Below, piece by piece: positions 8,674 to 16,777 of a stretch of DNA of 64,000 nucleotides (its first letter is position 1; each line of letters opens with the position of its first letter). The stretch is taken from the NCBI GenBank assembly GCA_963725865.1, contig CAVSAC010000014.1:512001-576000 (forward strand), given 5' to 3'. The translations under genes and the position numbers were made by a program. The DNA is from Candidatus Eiseniibacteriota bacterium (GTDB taxonomy: Bacteria > Eisenbacteria > RBG-16-71-46). A model generated the notes under the pieces. It was not told the origin of the DNA, did no database searches, and saw nothing but the letters and a program-made list of their open reading frames with translations.

Positions 8674-9741
8674 TCAACCGCCGCCGCTCGGGGCCGCGAG
8701 CCCCTTGCCGGTGCGCAACTGCTCGAGGATCGACTCCAGCACCGCGCGGCTCGGGCGCACGCGCTCGAGCGGCAGCCGGGCGAGCGGGGTCTCGACCAGT
8801 TGCATCTCCTCGGTGAACGGGCGGCTCGCGGGATCCACGTAGAGCAGCCCGGTCACCAGCCGCCCCTCGCGGCGCGCCTCGTGCAGCGTTTCGATCGCGT
8901 GGTCGCGGTCGGTGGGGTCATAGTCCTCGGCCAGCTTCTTCAGCACGATGTTGGACCCGTCGGGCATGGTGACTTCGCGGCTCTCGCCGGGCGCGTACTC
9001 GACGTGGATGTCCTCGAAGTACGGGACGTAGTCGATGTCGTGCAGCGGCGCGTCGTGCTCCTTCACGTGGGCGTACGACTTGGTCGAGCCCTCGTGGTCG
9101 GCGAACGTGACGCACGGGCTGATCACGTCGAGCACCGCGGTGCCGCGGTGCGCGAACGCGGCCTTGAGCAGCGGCCGCAGCTGCTTCTGGTCGCCCGAGA
9201 ACGAGCGCGCGACGAACGAGCAGCCGAGCTCGATCGCGAGCGCGCACAGGTCGATCGGCATGAGGCGGTTCGCCTCGCCGCCTTTGCGGGTGCTGCCGAT
9301 GTCGGCGGTGGCGGAGAACTGGCCCTTGGTCAGGCCGTACACGCCGTTGTTCTCGACGATGTACACCACCGGCACGTTGCGGCGCACCAGGTGCACGAAG
9401 TGGCCCATGCCGATGCTGGCCGTGTCGCCGTCGCCGGAGACGCCGATGAGCAGCAGGTCGCGCTGCGCGACGTGGACGCCGGTCGCGATGGTGGGCATGC
9501 GCCCGTGCACGGCGTTGAAGCCGTGCGACGTGCCGAGGAAGTAGGCGGGCGTCTTGCTCGAGCAGCCGATGCCCGAGAGCTTCGCGACGCGGTGGGGTTC
9601 GAGCCCGGCCTCGAACGCGGCCTGGATGATCCCCGACGTGATCGCGTTGTGCCCGCAGCCCGGACACAGCGTGGTCTTCGAGCCGTCGTAGTCGGCCCGG
9701 GTCAGCCCGACGCGGTTGCGCGGGACGGTCGGCTCGCTCAT
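8674..9741 (-). CDS. korB: 2-oxoacid:ferredoxin oxidoreductase beta subunit
   Basis: CPGCGH, SGIGCSSK, HGR, SGDGD TPP motif, ENNGVYGLTKGQ, SPCVTF. Start MSEPT (ATG 9741) overlaps the korA stop. Confidence 0.92.
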   Translation of the reverse strand: MSEPTVPRNRVGLTRADYDGSKTTLCPGCGHNAITSGIIQAAFEAGLEPHRVAKLSGIGCSSKTPAYFLGTSHGFNAVHGRMPTIATGVHVAQRDLLLIGVSGDGDTASIGMGHFVHLVRRNVPVVYIVENNGVYGLTKGQFSATADIGSTRKGGEANRLMPIDLCALAIELGCSFVARSFSGDQKQLRPLLKAAFAHRGTAVLDVISPCVTFADHEGSTKSYAHVKEHDAPLHDIDYVPYFEDIHVEYAPGESREVTMPDGSNIVLKKLAEDYDPTDRDHAIETLHEARREGRLVTGLLYVDPASRPFTEEMQLVETPLARLPLERVRPSRAVLESILEQLRTGKGLAAPSGGG

Positions 9742-11564
9742 CGCACCACTCCTTCCGCGGCCGCGGCCCCGGCCACCGTGCGCCCTTCGGCCCGCAGGAT
9801 CTGTTCGGTCACGCTCGCGGCGTCGATCGGCAGCCCGTCGTAGTGCCGCACCGAGCGCACGCGCGGTGCGTGCGCGCCGGCCTCGAGCGCGACCAGTTGC
9901 GCCATCTGGCCGTCGCGGTTCTGCTCCACCACGTACACGCGCGGGTACTTCGCGAGGAAGGCCGCGAGGTGCGAGGTGAACGGCAGCGCCTTCACCAGCA
10001 GGTAGCCAGTCGGCAGGCCCGCGGCGCGCAGTTGGTCGCGCGCCTCGACCATCGCCCAATGCGTGGACCCCCACGCGATCAGTCCGATCCCGGCGCCCTC
10101 GTCCTCGTCCAGCAGCGGCGGCGGCACCAGCGTGCGCGCGGTCTCCAGCTTCCGCGCGAGCCGGTCCATGACACGCACGTAGGCCTCGGGGCTCTCGGTG
10201 TAGTGCGCCGCCTCGTCGTGGCCCGAGCCGCGCGTGAAGTAGGCGCCTTTGGAGTCCTTCACCCCCGGCAGCGTGCGGAACGGGATCGCGTCGCCGTCGA
10301 CGTCGCGATAGCGCTCGAATTTCGGCAGCGCGGCGAGCTGTTCGTCGGTGAGCACCTTGCCGCGGTCCCACGGGCGCTCCGGATACGCGAACGGCTCGGC
10401 CACCCAGTTGTTCATGCCGAGGTCGAGGTCGGAGAGCACGAACACCGGGGTCTGCAGGCGCTCGGCCAGGTCGAACGCCCGGTACCCGAACTCGAAGCAG
10501 TCCTCGACCGACGACGGCAGCAGCACCGGGTGCCGCGTGTCGCCGTGCGAGAGGCCGTGGACGAACGTCAGGTCGGCCTGCGAGGTGCGCGTCGGCAGGC
10601 CGGTGCTGGGACCGATGCGCTGGATGTCCCACACCACGGCCGGGATCTCGGCGTAGTAGCCGTAGCCGGTGAACTCGGCCATCAGCGAGATGCCGGGGCC
10701 CGACGTGGAGGTCATCGCTCGCGCGCCCGCCCAGCCGGCGCCCAGCACCATGCCGATCGCGGCGATCTCGTCCTCGGCCTGCACGACGGCGTAGGTGGCG
10801 CGGCCCGTCGCGGGGTCGCGCCGATGGCGATCGAGGTAGCCCGCGAGCGCCTCGACCAGGCTGGAGGAGGGCGTGATCGGGTACCACGTCACGACCGTCA
10901 CGCCGCCGAACATCGCGCCGAGCGCGGCCGCGGTGTTGCCGTCGACCAGGATCCGGCCCGCGGTGCGGTCCATGCGCTCGAGCACGTAGGGATCGCGCTT
11001 CGGCAGGTTCGCCTGCGACCACTCCCAGCCCGCGCGCACCGCGGCGTGGTTGAGCGCGATCGCCTTGGGCTTGCCCCCGAGCGCGGCGTCGAGCGCGCGC
11101 TCGAGCTCCGCCTCCTCGATGCCGAGTTTTTCCGCCAGCACCCCGACGTACACCATGTTCGCCACCAGCCGGCGCAGGCGCACCTCGGTGGTGATGGGCT
11201 CGACCAGTTTCGCGACCGGCACGCGGTACACCGTGCGGTCCGCCGGTGGATCCGGGAGCTGGATCGCGTCGTTGAGCACGATCATCGAGCCCGGCGGCAT
11301 CGCGTTCACGTCGGCGGCGGCGGTCTCGGGGTTCATCACCACGAGGATCTCGTGCTCGCGGCGGCGCGCCACGTAGCCGGCGCGGCTCACGCGGATCGTG
11401 AACCACGTCGGCAGCCCGGCGATGTTCGAGGGGAACAGGTTCTTGCCGCTGACCGGGATGCCCATCTGGAGGATGGCGCGCAGCAGCACGCTGTTCGCGG
11501 TCTGGCTCCCGGAGCCGTTCACGGTGGCGACCTGGATGCTGAAGTCGTTGACGACGCGGTTCAC
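9738..11564 (-). CDS. korA: 2-oxoacid:acceptor oxidoreductase alpha subunit (gamma-alpha fusion)
   Basis: NGSGSQ, NLFPSNIAGLPTWF, WYPITPSS, QAEDEIAA, TSGPGISLM, QRIGPSTGLPTR, VEQNRDGQ. GTG start at 11564 overlaps the upstream stop. Confidence 0.92.
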   Translation of the reverse strand: MNRVVNDFSIQVATVNGSGSQTANSVLLRAILQMGIPVSGKNLFPSNIAGLPTWFTIRVSRAGYVARRREHEILVVMNPETAAADVNAMPPGSMIVLNDAIQLPDPPADRTVYRVPVAKLVEPITTEVRLRRLVANMVYVGVLAEKLGIEEAELERALDAALGGKPKAIALNHAAVRAGWEWSQANLPKRDPYVLERMDRTAGRILVDGNTAAALGAMFGGVTVVTWYPITPSSSLVEALAGYLDRHRRDPATGRATYAVVQAEDEIAAIGMVLGAGWAGARAMTSTSGPGISLMAEFTGYGYYAEIPAVVWDIQRIGPSTGLPTRTSQADLTFVHGLSHGDTRHPVLLPSSVEDCFEFGYRAFDLAERLQTPVFVLSDLDLGMNNWVAEPFAYPERPWDRGKVLTDEQLAALPKFERYRDVDGDAIPFRTLPGVKDSKGAYFTRGSGHDEAAHYTESPEAYVRVMDRLARKLETARTLVPPPLLDEDEGAGIGLIAWGSTHWAMVEARDQLRAAGLPTGYLLVKALPFTSHLAAFLAKYPRVYVVEQNRDGQMAQLVALEAGAHAPRVRSVRHYDGLPIDAASVTEQILRAEGRTVAGAAAAEGVVR

Positions 11565-12688
11565 GCTGGGTTCTCTCCGTCGGCGCCGCCCGTCGGGCGG
11601 CCGCCGGCACTCGGGGGGGCCGTGTAGAGGTCGGTCATGGTCACGCGCTGGGGCCGCCGCACGTGGAGGTAGGCGGAGTTCGCCGCCACCGCTCCCTCGC
11701 CGGAAGCCGTGATGAGCAGCTTGTACTTGCCGGGATACGTCACGATGTCGCCGCAGGCGAACACGCCCGCCAGCGAAGTGCCCATCGAGGCGTCGACCGG
11801 GATTTGATTGCCCTCGACCGCGATGCCCCAGCGCTTCACCGCGTCGAGGTTCACCGCCGCCCCGATGTTGACCACCAGCACGTCGCACGGGATGCGCCGG
11901 GGCTCGGCGTCGCCCTTGGTCTGGACGGTCACCGACTGCAGCACGCCGTCCTGGTGCTCGATCGACTTCACGCGCGTCTCGAGCAGCGCCGGGATCCCGA
12001 GCGCCTGGACCGCCTCGAGGTTCTTCTCCATCCCGGTCAGATGGTCGAGCACCTGCACCAGGTGCACGGTGGCGCCCGCCGCGTGCGCCGCCTGGGCGCT
12101 CTCGAGGCCGGAGTCGCCGCCGCCCACGACCACGACGCGCCGGCCGGCGACCCGCGCGGCCTCCGCCATGCGGTACGTGACGCTCGCCTCCCCCAGCTGC
12201 TCCTCGCCCGGCACCCGCAGCCGCCGGGGCTCGAACGCCCCGCCCCCGATCGCGACGATCACCGCGCCCGCCTCGTGGGTGCGCTGGGTGTCGCTGCCGA
12301 TGTCGAGGGACGTGAGCTCGAACGTGCCGTCGGCGCGCGGCACCAGGTCGAGCACCTTGTGTTCCGGGAGGATCTCGACCCCGAGCCCCAGGGCGTGCTC
12401 CACCAGCCGCTCGGCGAGCGCGCGCGCGACGATGAGGTCGTCGCCGGGCCAGTCGTGAACCGGCTTCTCGCCGTAGACCGAGATCAGCTGTCCGCCGGGA
12501 CGCGAGGCGTCGAACACCAGCACCGACATCCGCCGCATGCGCAGGAACATGCCGGCGGTCAGCCCCGCGGGCCCGCCGCCGATGATCACCACCTCGTGCA
12601 ACCGGCCCGTCCTTTCGAGCAGCGCTGATGCGGGCGGGGACCATCGGCCGGAGTGTGCCTCCGGCGCGGGCGAAGGGGTCCAGCGCAT
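11561..12688 (-). CDS. Thioredoxin-reductase-type FAD/NAD(P) oxidoreductase, likely ferredoxin-NADP+ reductase
   Basis: GGGPAG, GGQL, GGGDSG, TSLAGVFACGD..YPGK.KL motifs. No CxxC, as in TrxR-type FNRs. Start uncertain, may lie near 12600. Confidence 0.8.
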   Translation of the reverse strand: MRWTPSPAPEAHSGRWSPPASALLERTGRLHEVVIIGGGPAGLTAGMFLRMRRMSVLVFDASRPGGQLISVYGEKPVHDWPGDDLIVARALAERLVEHALGLGVEILPEHKVLDLVPRADGTFELTSLDIGSDTQRTHEAGAVIVAIGGGAFEPRRLRVPGEEQLGEASVTYRMAEAARVAGRRVVVVGGGDSGLESAQAAHAAGATVHLVQVLDHLTGMEKNLEAVQALGIPALLETRVKSIEHQDGVLQSVTVQTKGDAEPRRIPCDVLVVNIGAAVNLDAVKRWGIAVEGNQIPVDASMGTSLAGVFACGDIVTYPGKYKLLITASGEGAVAANSAYLHVRRPQRVTMTDLYTAPPSAGGRPTGGADGENPA

Positions 12689-12811
12689 CCGCGGGAAGTG
12701 CCTCCGGCACGGTAAGGGCGCGCTCGGCGGGCGGTCAAGGCGAGCGGGCGAGCGGCTCCGCGGGCGCCCCGGGCGGGCCCGCGAGCCCCAGGAGCCGGTC
12801 CCAGAAGGCCC

Positions 12812-12839
12812 TCAAGCCCATGCCGGATCGTGCCGATGA
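12812..12839 (+). promoter_or_regulatory. Putative sigma28 (FliA/WhiG)-type promoter
   Basis: TCAAG-N15-GCCGATGA upstream of the Hpt gene. Confidence 0.5.
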
Positions 12840-12956
12840 CAGCGGGGTACGGGCCCCGATCCCGGTCCCCCCCGGCCCGAGCAGGGACGCGTCCGAATGA
12901 CGCCGGCGCAGCGCGCACGACGCGCCCGCATCGGCTTGCCGCCATCGGAGACGCAT

Positions 12957-13349
12957 ATGGCCGCCGCCGCGCCGCGACCCTCGCTGTCGCACGAATGCCG
13001 GGCGCCGTACGACCCCGAGTGTCTGCGTGCGCTCTCGACCGCCTGCGCGGGCTACGAACGCGAGATGGTGCTCGAGCTGTTGCTGCGCGTGCCATGGCTC
13101 ATGCAGGAGATCGATCGTGCCGTGATCCTGCGCGACCCGGAGCGGCTCGCGCTGCTCGCTCACGACCTCCAGCGTTGCTGCGTGCTGCTGGGCGCCGAGC
13201 CGCTCGGTGACGCGAGCACCGCGCTCGAGCACATGGGAGAGCGCGCCGACTTCCGGATCGCGCGCACGCTGCTCGAGTGCGCGCACGCGGAGCGCACGCG
13301 GCTGGAGCAGGCGCTCGCCGCCCACCTGGCCGAGCTGCGCGGCCGCTGA
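12957..13349 (+). CDS. Stand-alone Hpt (histidine phosphotransfer) domain protein
   Basis: RDPERLALLAHDLQRCCVLLGAEPL...ALE matches the Hpt AH-x-LKG-x-x-x-x-LGA pattern, with His retained and KG replaced by QR. Confidence 0.7.
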   Translation: MAAAAPRPSLSHECRAPYDPECLRALSTACAGYEREMVLELLLRVPWLMQEIDRAVILRDPERLALLAHDLQRCCVLLGAEPLGDASTALEHMGERADFRIARTLLECAHAERTRLEQALAAHLAELRGR

Positions 13350-13403
13350 GCCGCGACGGCCGCCGCGCCGGCCCGCGCGAGGTGTCGCGCGAGCGGCGCT
13401 CGC

Positions 13404-13432
13404 TTGACCCCCCCGGGGGTCCGGCGTAGCGT
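13404..13432 (+). promoter_or_regulatory. Putative sigma70 promoter (near-leaderless transcript)
   Basis: TTGACC-N17-TAGCGT, 10 nt before ATG 13443. Confidence 0.55.
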
Positions 13433-13442
13433 CGCCGCCGTC

Positions 13443-14198
13443 ATGAACACCCACAGCGTGATGCGGGCGGAGCCGGCGCCCGCGACCCTCGCGGGCGTAC
13501 GGCGGTGGCTCACGCCGGTGCGGGCCGCCCTCGGTCCCGACTTCCTCGCCGCCTATCTGACCGGCAGCGTGCTCAACACCGAGTGGAACCCGAAGCGCTC
13601 GGCGGTCAACCTGCTGGTGGTGGCGCGCGCCATCGACACCACGCGTGTCGACGCGCTGGCCGTCGCGATCCCGAAGCCCGACCCGGTCGTGCGCATCGAG
13701 CCGTTGTTCCTCTCGCTCCGGCAGATCGAGCACTCGCTCGACGTGTTCCCGATCGAGTGGACCGAGATCCTCGAGCGCCACCTGTTGCTCGAGGGCGAGG
13801 ACGTGATCGGGACGCTCGCGGTGCCGCCGCAGGCCCTGCGCTCCCAGCTCGAGCACGAGCTGCGCAGCAAGCATCTGCGCCTGCGCCACGCGTACCTGCT
13901 CTCGCACGCCCACCCGCACGAGCTGGAGCGCGAACTGCGCGGCGTCGCATCGTCGTTCGCGGCGCTGTTCCGCACCCTGCTGCGACTGCAGGGCGAGCCG
14001 GTGCCGGCGGAGCTGGCGCAGGTCATCGAGCGAGTCTGCGATCTCTATCGCATCGACGCGCAAGGCCTGCTGGGCGCCCACATGGTGCGCTACGGCGAGC
14101 GGGGCTGGAAGCCCGGCGAGATCGTGCCGCTCTTCCGCGGCTTCCTGGCCGGGGTCGATCGCCTCATCGAGGCGATCGACGACTTGCGTCTGCCATGA
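13443..14198 (+). CDS. Nucleotidyltransferase-fold protein of the LemA/TPM neighbourhood
   Basis: AYLTGS...KRSAVNLLVV, SLDVFPIE, LRSQLEHELRSKHLRLR. Confidence 0.75.
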   Translation: MNTHSVMRAEPAPATLAGVRRWLTPVRAALGPDFLAAYLTGSVLNTEWNPKRSAVNLLVVARAIDTTRVDALAVAIPKPDPVVRIEPLFLSLRQIEHSLDVFPIEWTEILERHLLLEGEDVIGTLAVPPQALRSQLEHELRSKHLRLRHAYLLSHAHPHELERELRGVASSFAALFRTLLRLQGEPVPAELAQVIERVCDLYRIDAQGLLGAHMVRYGERGWKPGEIVPLFRGFLAGVDRLIEAIDDLRLP

Positions 14199-15010
14199 GG
14201 CGCCGGCGCGCCACCGCGCGCGTCGCCGCTCTGCTGATCGCGATCCTCGCCCTTGCACCCGCGCGGGCCGGTCGCACGCAGGACGGGAGCACGGCGCCCG
14301 CGATCCCGCCGGCGGTCGGGAACGTCAACGACTTCGCCGGCGTGTTCGACGAGTCCGCGCGCGCCCGGCTCGAGGGCTTCCTCGACCAGGTGCATCGCAA
14401 GACCGGCGCCCAGTTCTGGGTGATGACCGTCGACTCCTGCCCGACCCCACCGGATGAGTTCAAGACCACGGTCTTCAAGACGTGGGGGATCGGGCGCAAG
14501 GGCGTCGACGACGGGCTGCTGATGCTGGTCGCACTGCGCCAGCGGCGCGTCGAGTTCGAGACCGGCTACGGGCTCGAGGGCACGCTCACCGACGCGTTCG
14601 AGTCGCGGGTGGTACGCGAGGTGATGGCGCCACGGATGCGTGCCGGCGACCTGCCCGGCGGAATCACGCAGGGCGCGCTCGCGGTGTCGGCGAAGATCGC
14701 CGCCGCGCATCACGTAACGCTCGAGTGGGACGGCCGCGAGCTGCGCTATCGCGACCGTGCGGCCGGCCTGCCGACGTGGGTGGTGGTGCTGCTGGTGATC
14801 TTCGTCCTGCTGATGGTCGCCTTGGGCGGCGGCTTCGGCGGCCAGCCCCGTCGCCGCTGGCGCAGCGGCTACGATGACGGCCTCGGCGGCTGGGGCGGCT
14901 GGGGTGGCGGCTTCGGCGGTGGCGGTGGCGGCTTCGGCGGTGGCGGTGGCGGCTTCGGCGGCGGGGGTGGCGGTGCGAGCGGCGGCGGTGGTGGCGGAGG
15001 TTCGTGGTAG
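14195..15010 (+). CDS. TPM-domain (YgcG-like) membrane protein with Gly-rich tail
   Basis: Signal peptide, VNDFAGV, WGIGRKGVDDGLLMLVA, ETGYGLEGTLTD, TM helix, C-terminal GGFGG...SGGGGGGGSW. ATG overlaps the upstream stop. Confidence 0.9.
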   Translation: MRRRRATARVAALLIAILALAPARAGRTQDGSTAPAIPPAVGNVNDFAGVFDESARARLEGFLDQVHRKTGAQFWVMTVDSCPTPPDEFKTTVFKTWGIGRKGVDDGLLMLVALRQRRVEFETGYGLEGTLTDAFESRVVREVMAPRMRAGDLPGGITQGALAVSAKIAAAHHVTLEWDGRELRYRDRAAGLPTWVVVLLVIFVLLMVALGGGFGGQPRRRWRSGYDDGLGGWGGWGGGFGGGGGGFGGGGGGFGGGGGGASGGGGGGGSW

Positions 15011-15060
15011 CGTTCCCGCGCGCGCGGCGTGCGCGCGCTCGTTCGAGAGGAGAGGGATCG

Positions 15061-15642
15061 ATGCGTCGTGGACTGTGGATCGGGATCGCCGTCGTGGCCG
15101 TGCTGCTGATGATGGTCGGCGGCTGTCTGACCGGGAGCTACAACCGCCTCGTCACCACGCGCGAGTCGGTGACCAACCGCTGGGAGCAGGTCAACAGCCA
15201 GTTGCAGCGACGCAACGACCTGATCGGCAACCTGGTCGAGTCGGTGAAGGGCACCGCGACCCAGGAGCAGGTGGTGTTCGGCGAGATCGCCGACGCGCGC
15301 GCGCGCATGAGCGGCGCGCAGACGCCGCAGCAGAGCATCGCCGCCGGACAGGCCATGGACGGGGCCATCGGACGGCTGCTGGTGGTGGTGGAGAACTACC
15401 CGCAGCTCAAGAGCAACGAGGCGTTCCTCGGGCTGATGGACGAGCTGACCGGCACCGAGAACCGGCTCGCCACCGAGCGCATGCGGTACAACGACGAGGT
15501 GCGGGGCTTCAACGTCATGATCAAGCGCTTCCCCACCAACCTCTACGCCTCGCTGTTCAAGTTCACCGAAGCGCCCTACTACCCGGTGACCGAGCAGGCG
15601 AAGGTCGCGCCCAAGGTGGATTTCAGCGGGCTGAAGAAGTAG
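15061..15642 (+). CDS. lemA: LemA family protein
   Basis: N-terminal TM, YNRLV, QLQRRNDLIGNLVESVKG, ENYPQLKSN, GTENRLATERMRYN, FPTN; GGAGAGGG RBS. Confidence 0.93.
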   Translation: MRRGLWIGIAVVAVLLMMVGGCLTGSYNRLVTTRESVTNRWEQVNSQLQRRNDLIGNLVESVKGTATQEQVVFGEIADARARMSGAQTPQQSIAAGQAMDGAIGRLLVVVENYPQLKSNEAFLGLMDELTGTENRLATERMRYNDEVRGFNVMIKRFPTNLYASLFKFTEAPYYPVTEQAKVAPKVDFSGLKK

Positions 15643-15657
15643 CGCGCGCCGCTCCGC

Positions 15658-15689
15658 GGGAGCGCCGGGGCCACGGCGCCGGCGCTCCC
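15658..15689. terminator. GC hairpin between convergent lemA and otsB
   Basis: GGGAGCGCCGG ... CCGGCGCTCCC 11-bp stem; no clear U-tract. Confidence 0.45.
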
Positions 15690-15693
15690 CGCG

Positions 15694-16500
15694 TCATGCG
15701 GCCCCGTCCCCGCCGATGCGCTCGCGCCACTCGCGGGCGAGCCACTCGAGGAACCACACCACCTCGCGCGGCGACGCGACCACGTACTCGGCGCGCGAGA
15801 ACGGGCGGCCGACCACCACGGCGACCCCGCCGCGGGCGCGCGCCCGCTCGAACGCGGGCTCGTCGTGGGTGTCGTCGCCGAGGTACACCACCAGCGCGCC
15901 ACGCCGCGGCCGCAGCCAGCGCTCGAGCGCGGAACCCTTGTCCCAGCGCACCGGCGGCATCACCTCGAACACCATCTTGCCGTGCACCAGCGTCGCCCGC
16001 CCGCGGAGCGGCCGCACCCGCCGCCGCACGCCCGCGCCGAAGGCGGGGCGGAATCGCGCCGGCACGCTGCGGTAGTGGAGGGCGATCGCGTGGCGCTTGT
16101 CCTCGAGCCACGCGCCGGGAAAGCGCCGGCACCACGCCTCCAGCTCCGCCCACAGCTCCCGCGGCAGCTCGGCGCCGGGCGCCAGATGCAGGCGCCGTCG
16201 TCCACCCGGCTCCTGGGTCTCGAGTCCGGCCGAGCCGCTCAGGAACACGTTCGGCAGCGCGAGGCGCTCGCGCAGGTCGTCGAGCGAGCGGCCCGAGAGC
16301 ACGGCCACCGAGACGCGGGCGAGCCGTCCCAGCCGGTGCAGGGCGCGGCGCGCGCGCGCCGAGAGCACCGCGTGCTCGGGACGCTCCACGATCGGCGTGA
16401 GCGTGCCGTCGAAGTCGGCGGCGACGGCGAGTGACGGCGCCCGCGTCACGCGGGCGGCGAGTCCCTCGAGCGACAGCCACAGGGGACGCAGGCGAGCCAT
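15694..16500 (-). CDS. otsB: Trehalose-6-phosphate phosphatase (HAD IIB)
   Basis: DFDGTLTPI, VLSGR, LEDK, GKMVFEV, DKGSAL, YLGDDTHDEPAF; GGAGG RBS. Confidence 0.92.
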   Translation of the reverse strand: MARLRPLWLSLEGLAARVTRAPSLAVAADFDGTLTPIVERPEHAVLSARARRALHRLGRLARVSVAVLSGRSLDDLRERLALPNVFLSGSAGLETQEPGGRRRLHLAPGAELPRELWAELEAWCRRFPGAWLEDKRHAIALHYRSVPARFRPAFGAGVRRRVRPLRGRATLVHGKMVFEVMPPVRWDKGSALERWLRPRRGALVVYLGDDTHDEPAFERARARGGVAVVVGRPFSRAEYVVASPREVVWFLEWLAREWRERIGGDGAA

Positions 16501-16777
16501 GGGGTCCTCCGGGTTGCGTACACGGCCATTCTGGATCCGCGGTCCCGCGGCCCGGGCAGCCTAGCGCCCGGCCTCGCATTCCTCTACCCCGCCAGGTGTC
16601 GCGCGGTGCCGAACCGATTCTGGACAGGTCGAGGTCAAGTCGCTAGCGTCCATGAGCGTCCACTCCATGGGGACCACCCGACGTTCTCGCCGTTCGGAGC
16701 CCGTTTCGGCCCCGCGCCGGTGTATAGCTTGGACCAGCCGATCCCGGAGCCGAGGCCCCCACCCGAGGAGGCTCAGC

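Noticed and set aside
12705..12720. Sigma54-like CGGCACGGTAAGGGC upstream of the Hpt gene
   Set aside because: GG-N10-GC spacing fits but the -12 box is poor (GGGC). The sigma28-like motif fits better.
14906..14968. 21-bp tandem repeat x3
   Set aside because: It encodes the ordinary GGFGGGG tail of TPM-domain proteins.
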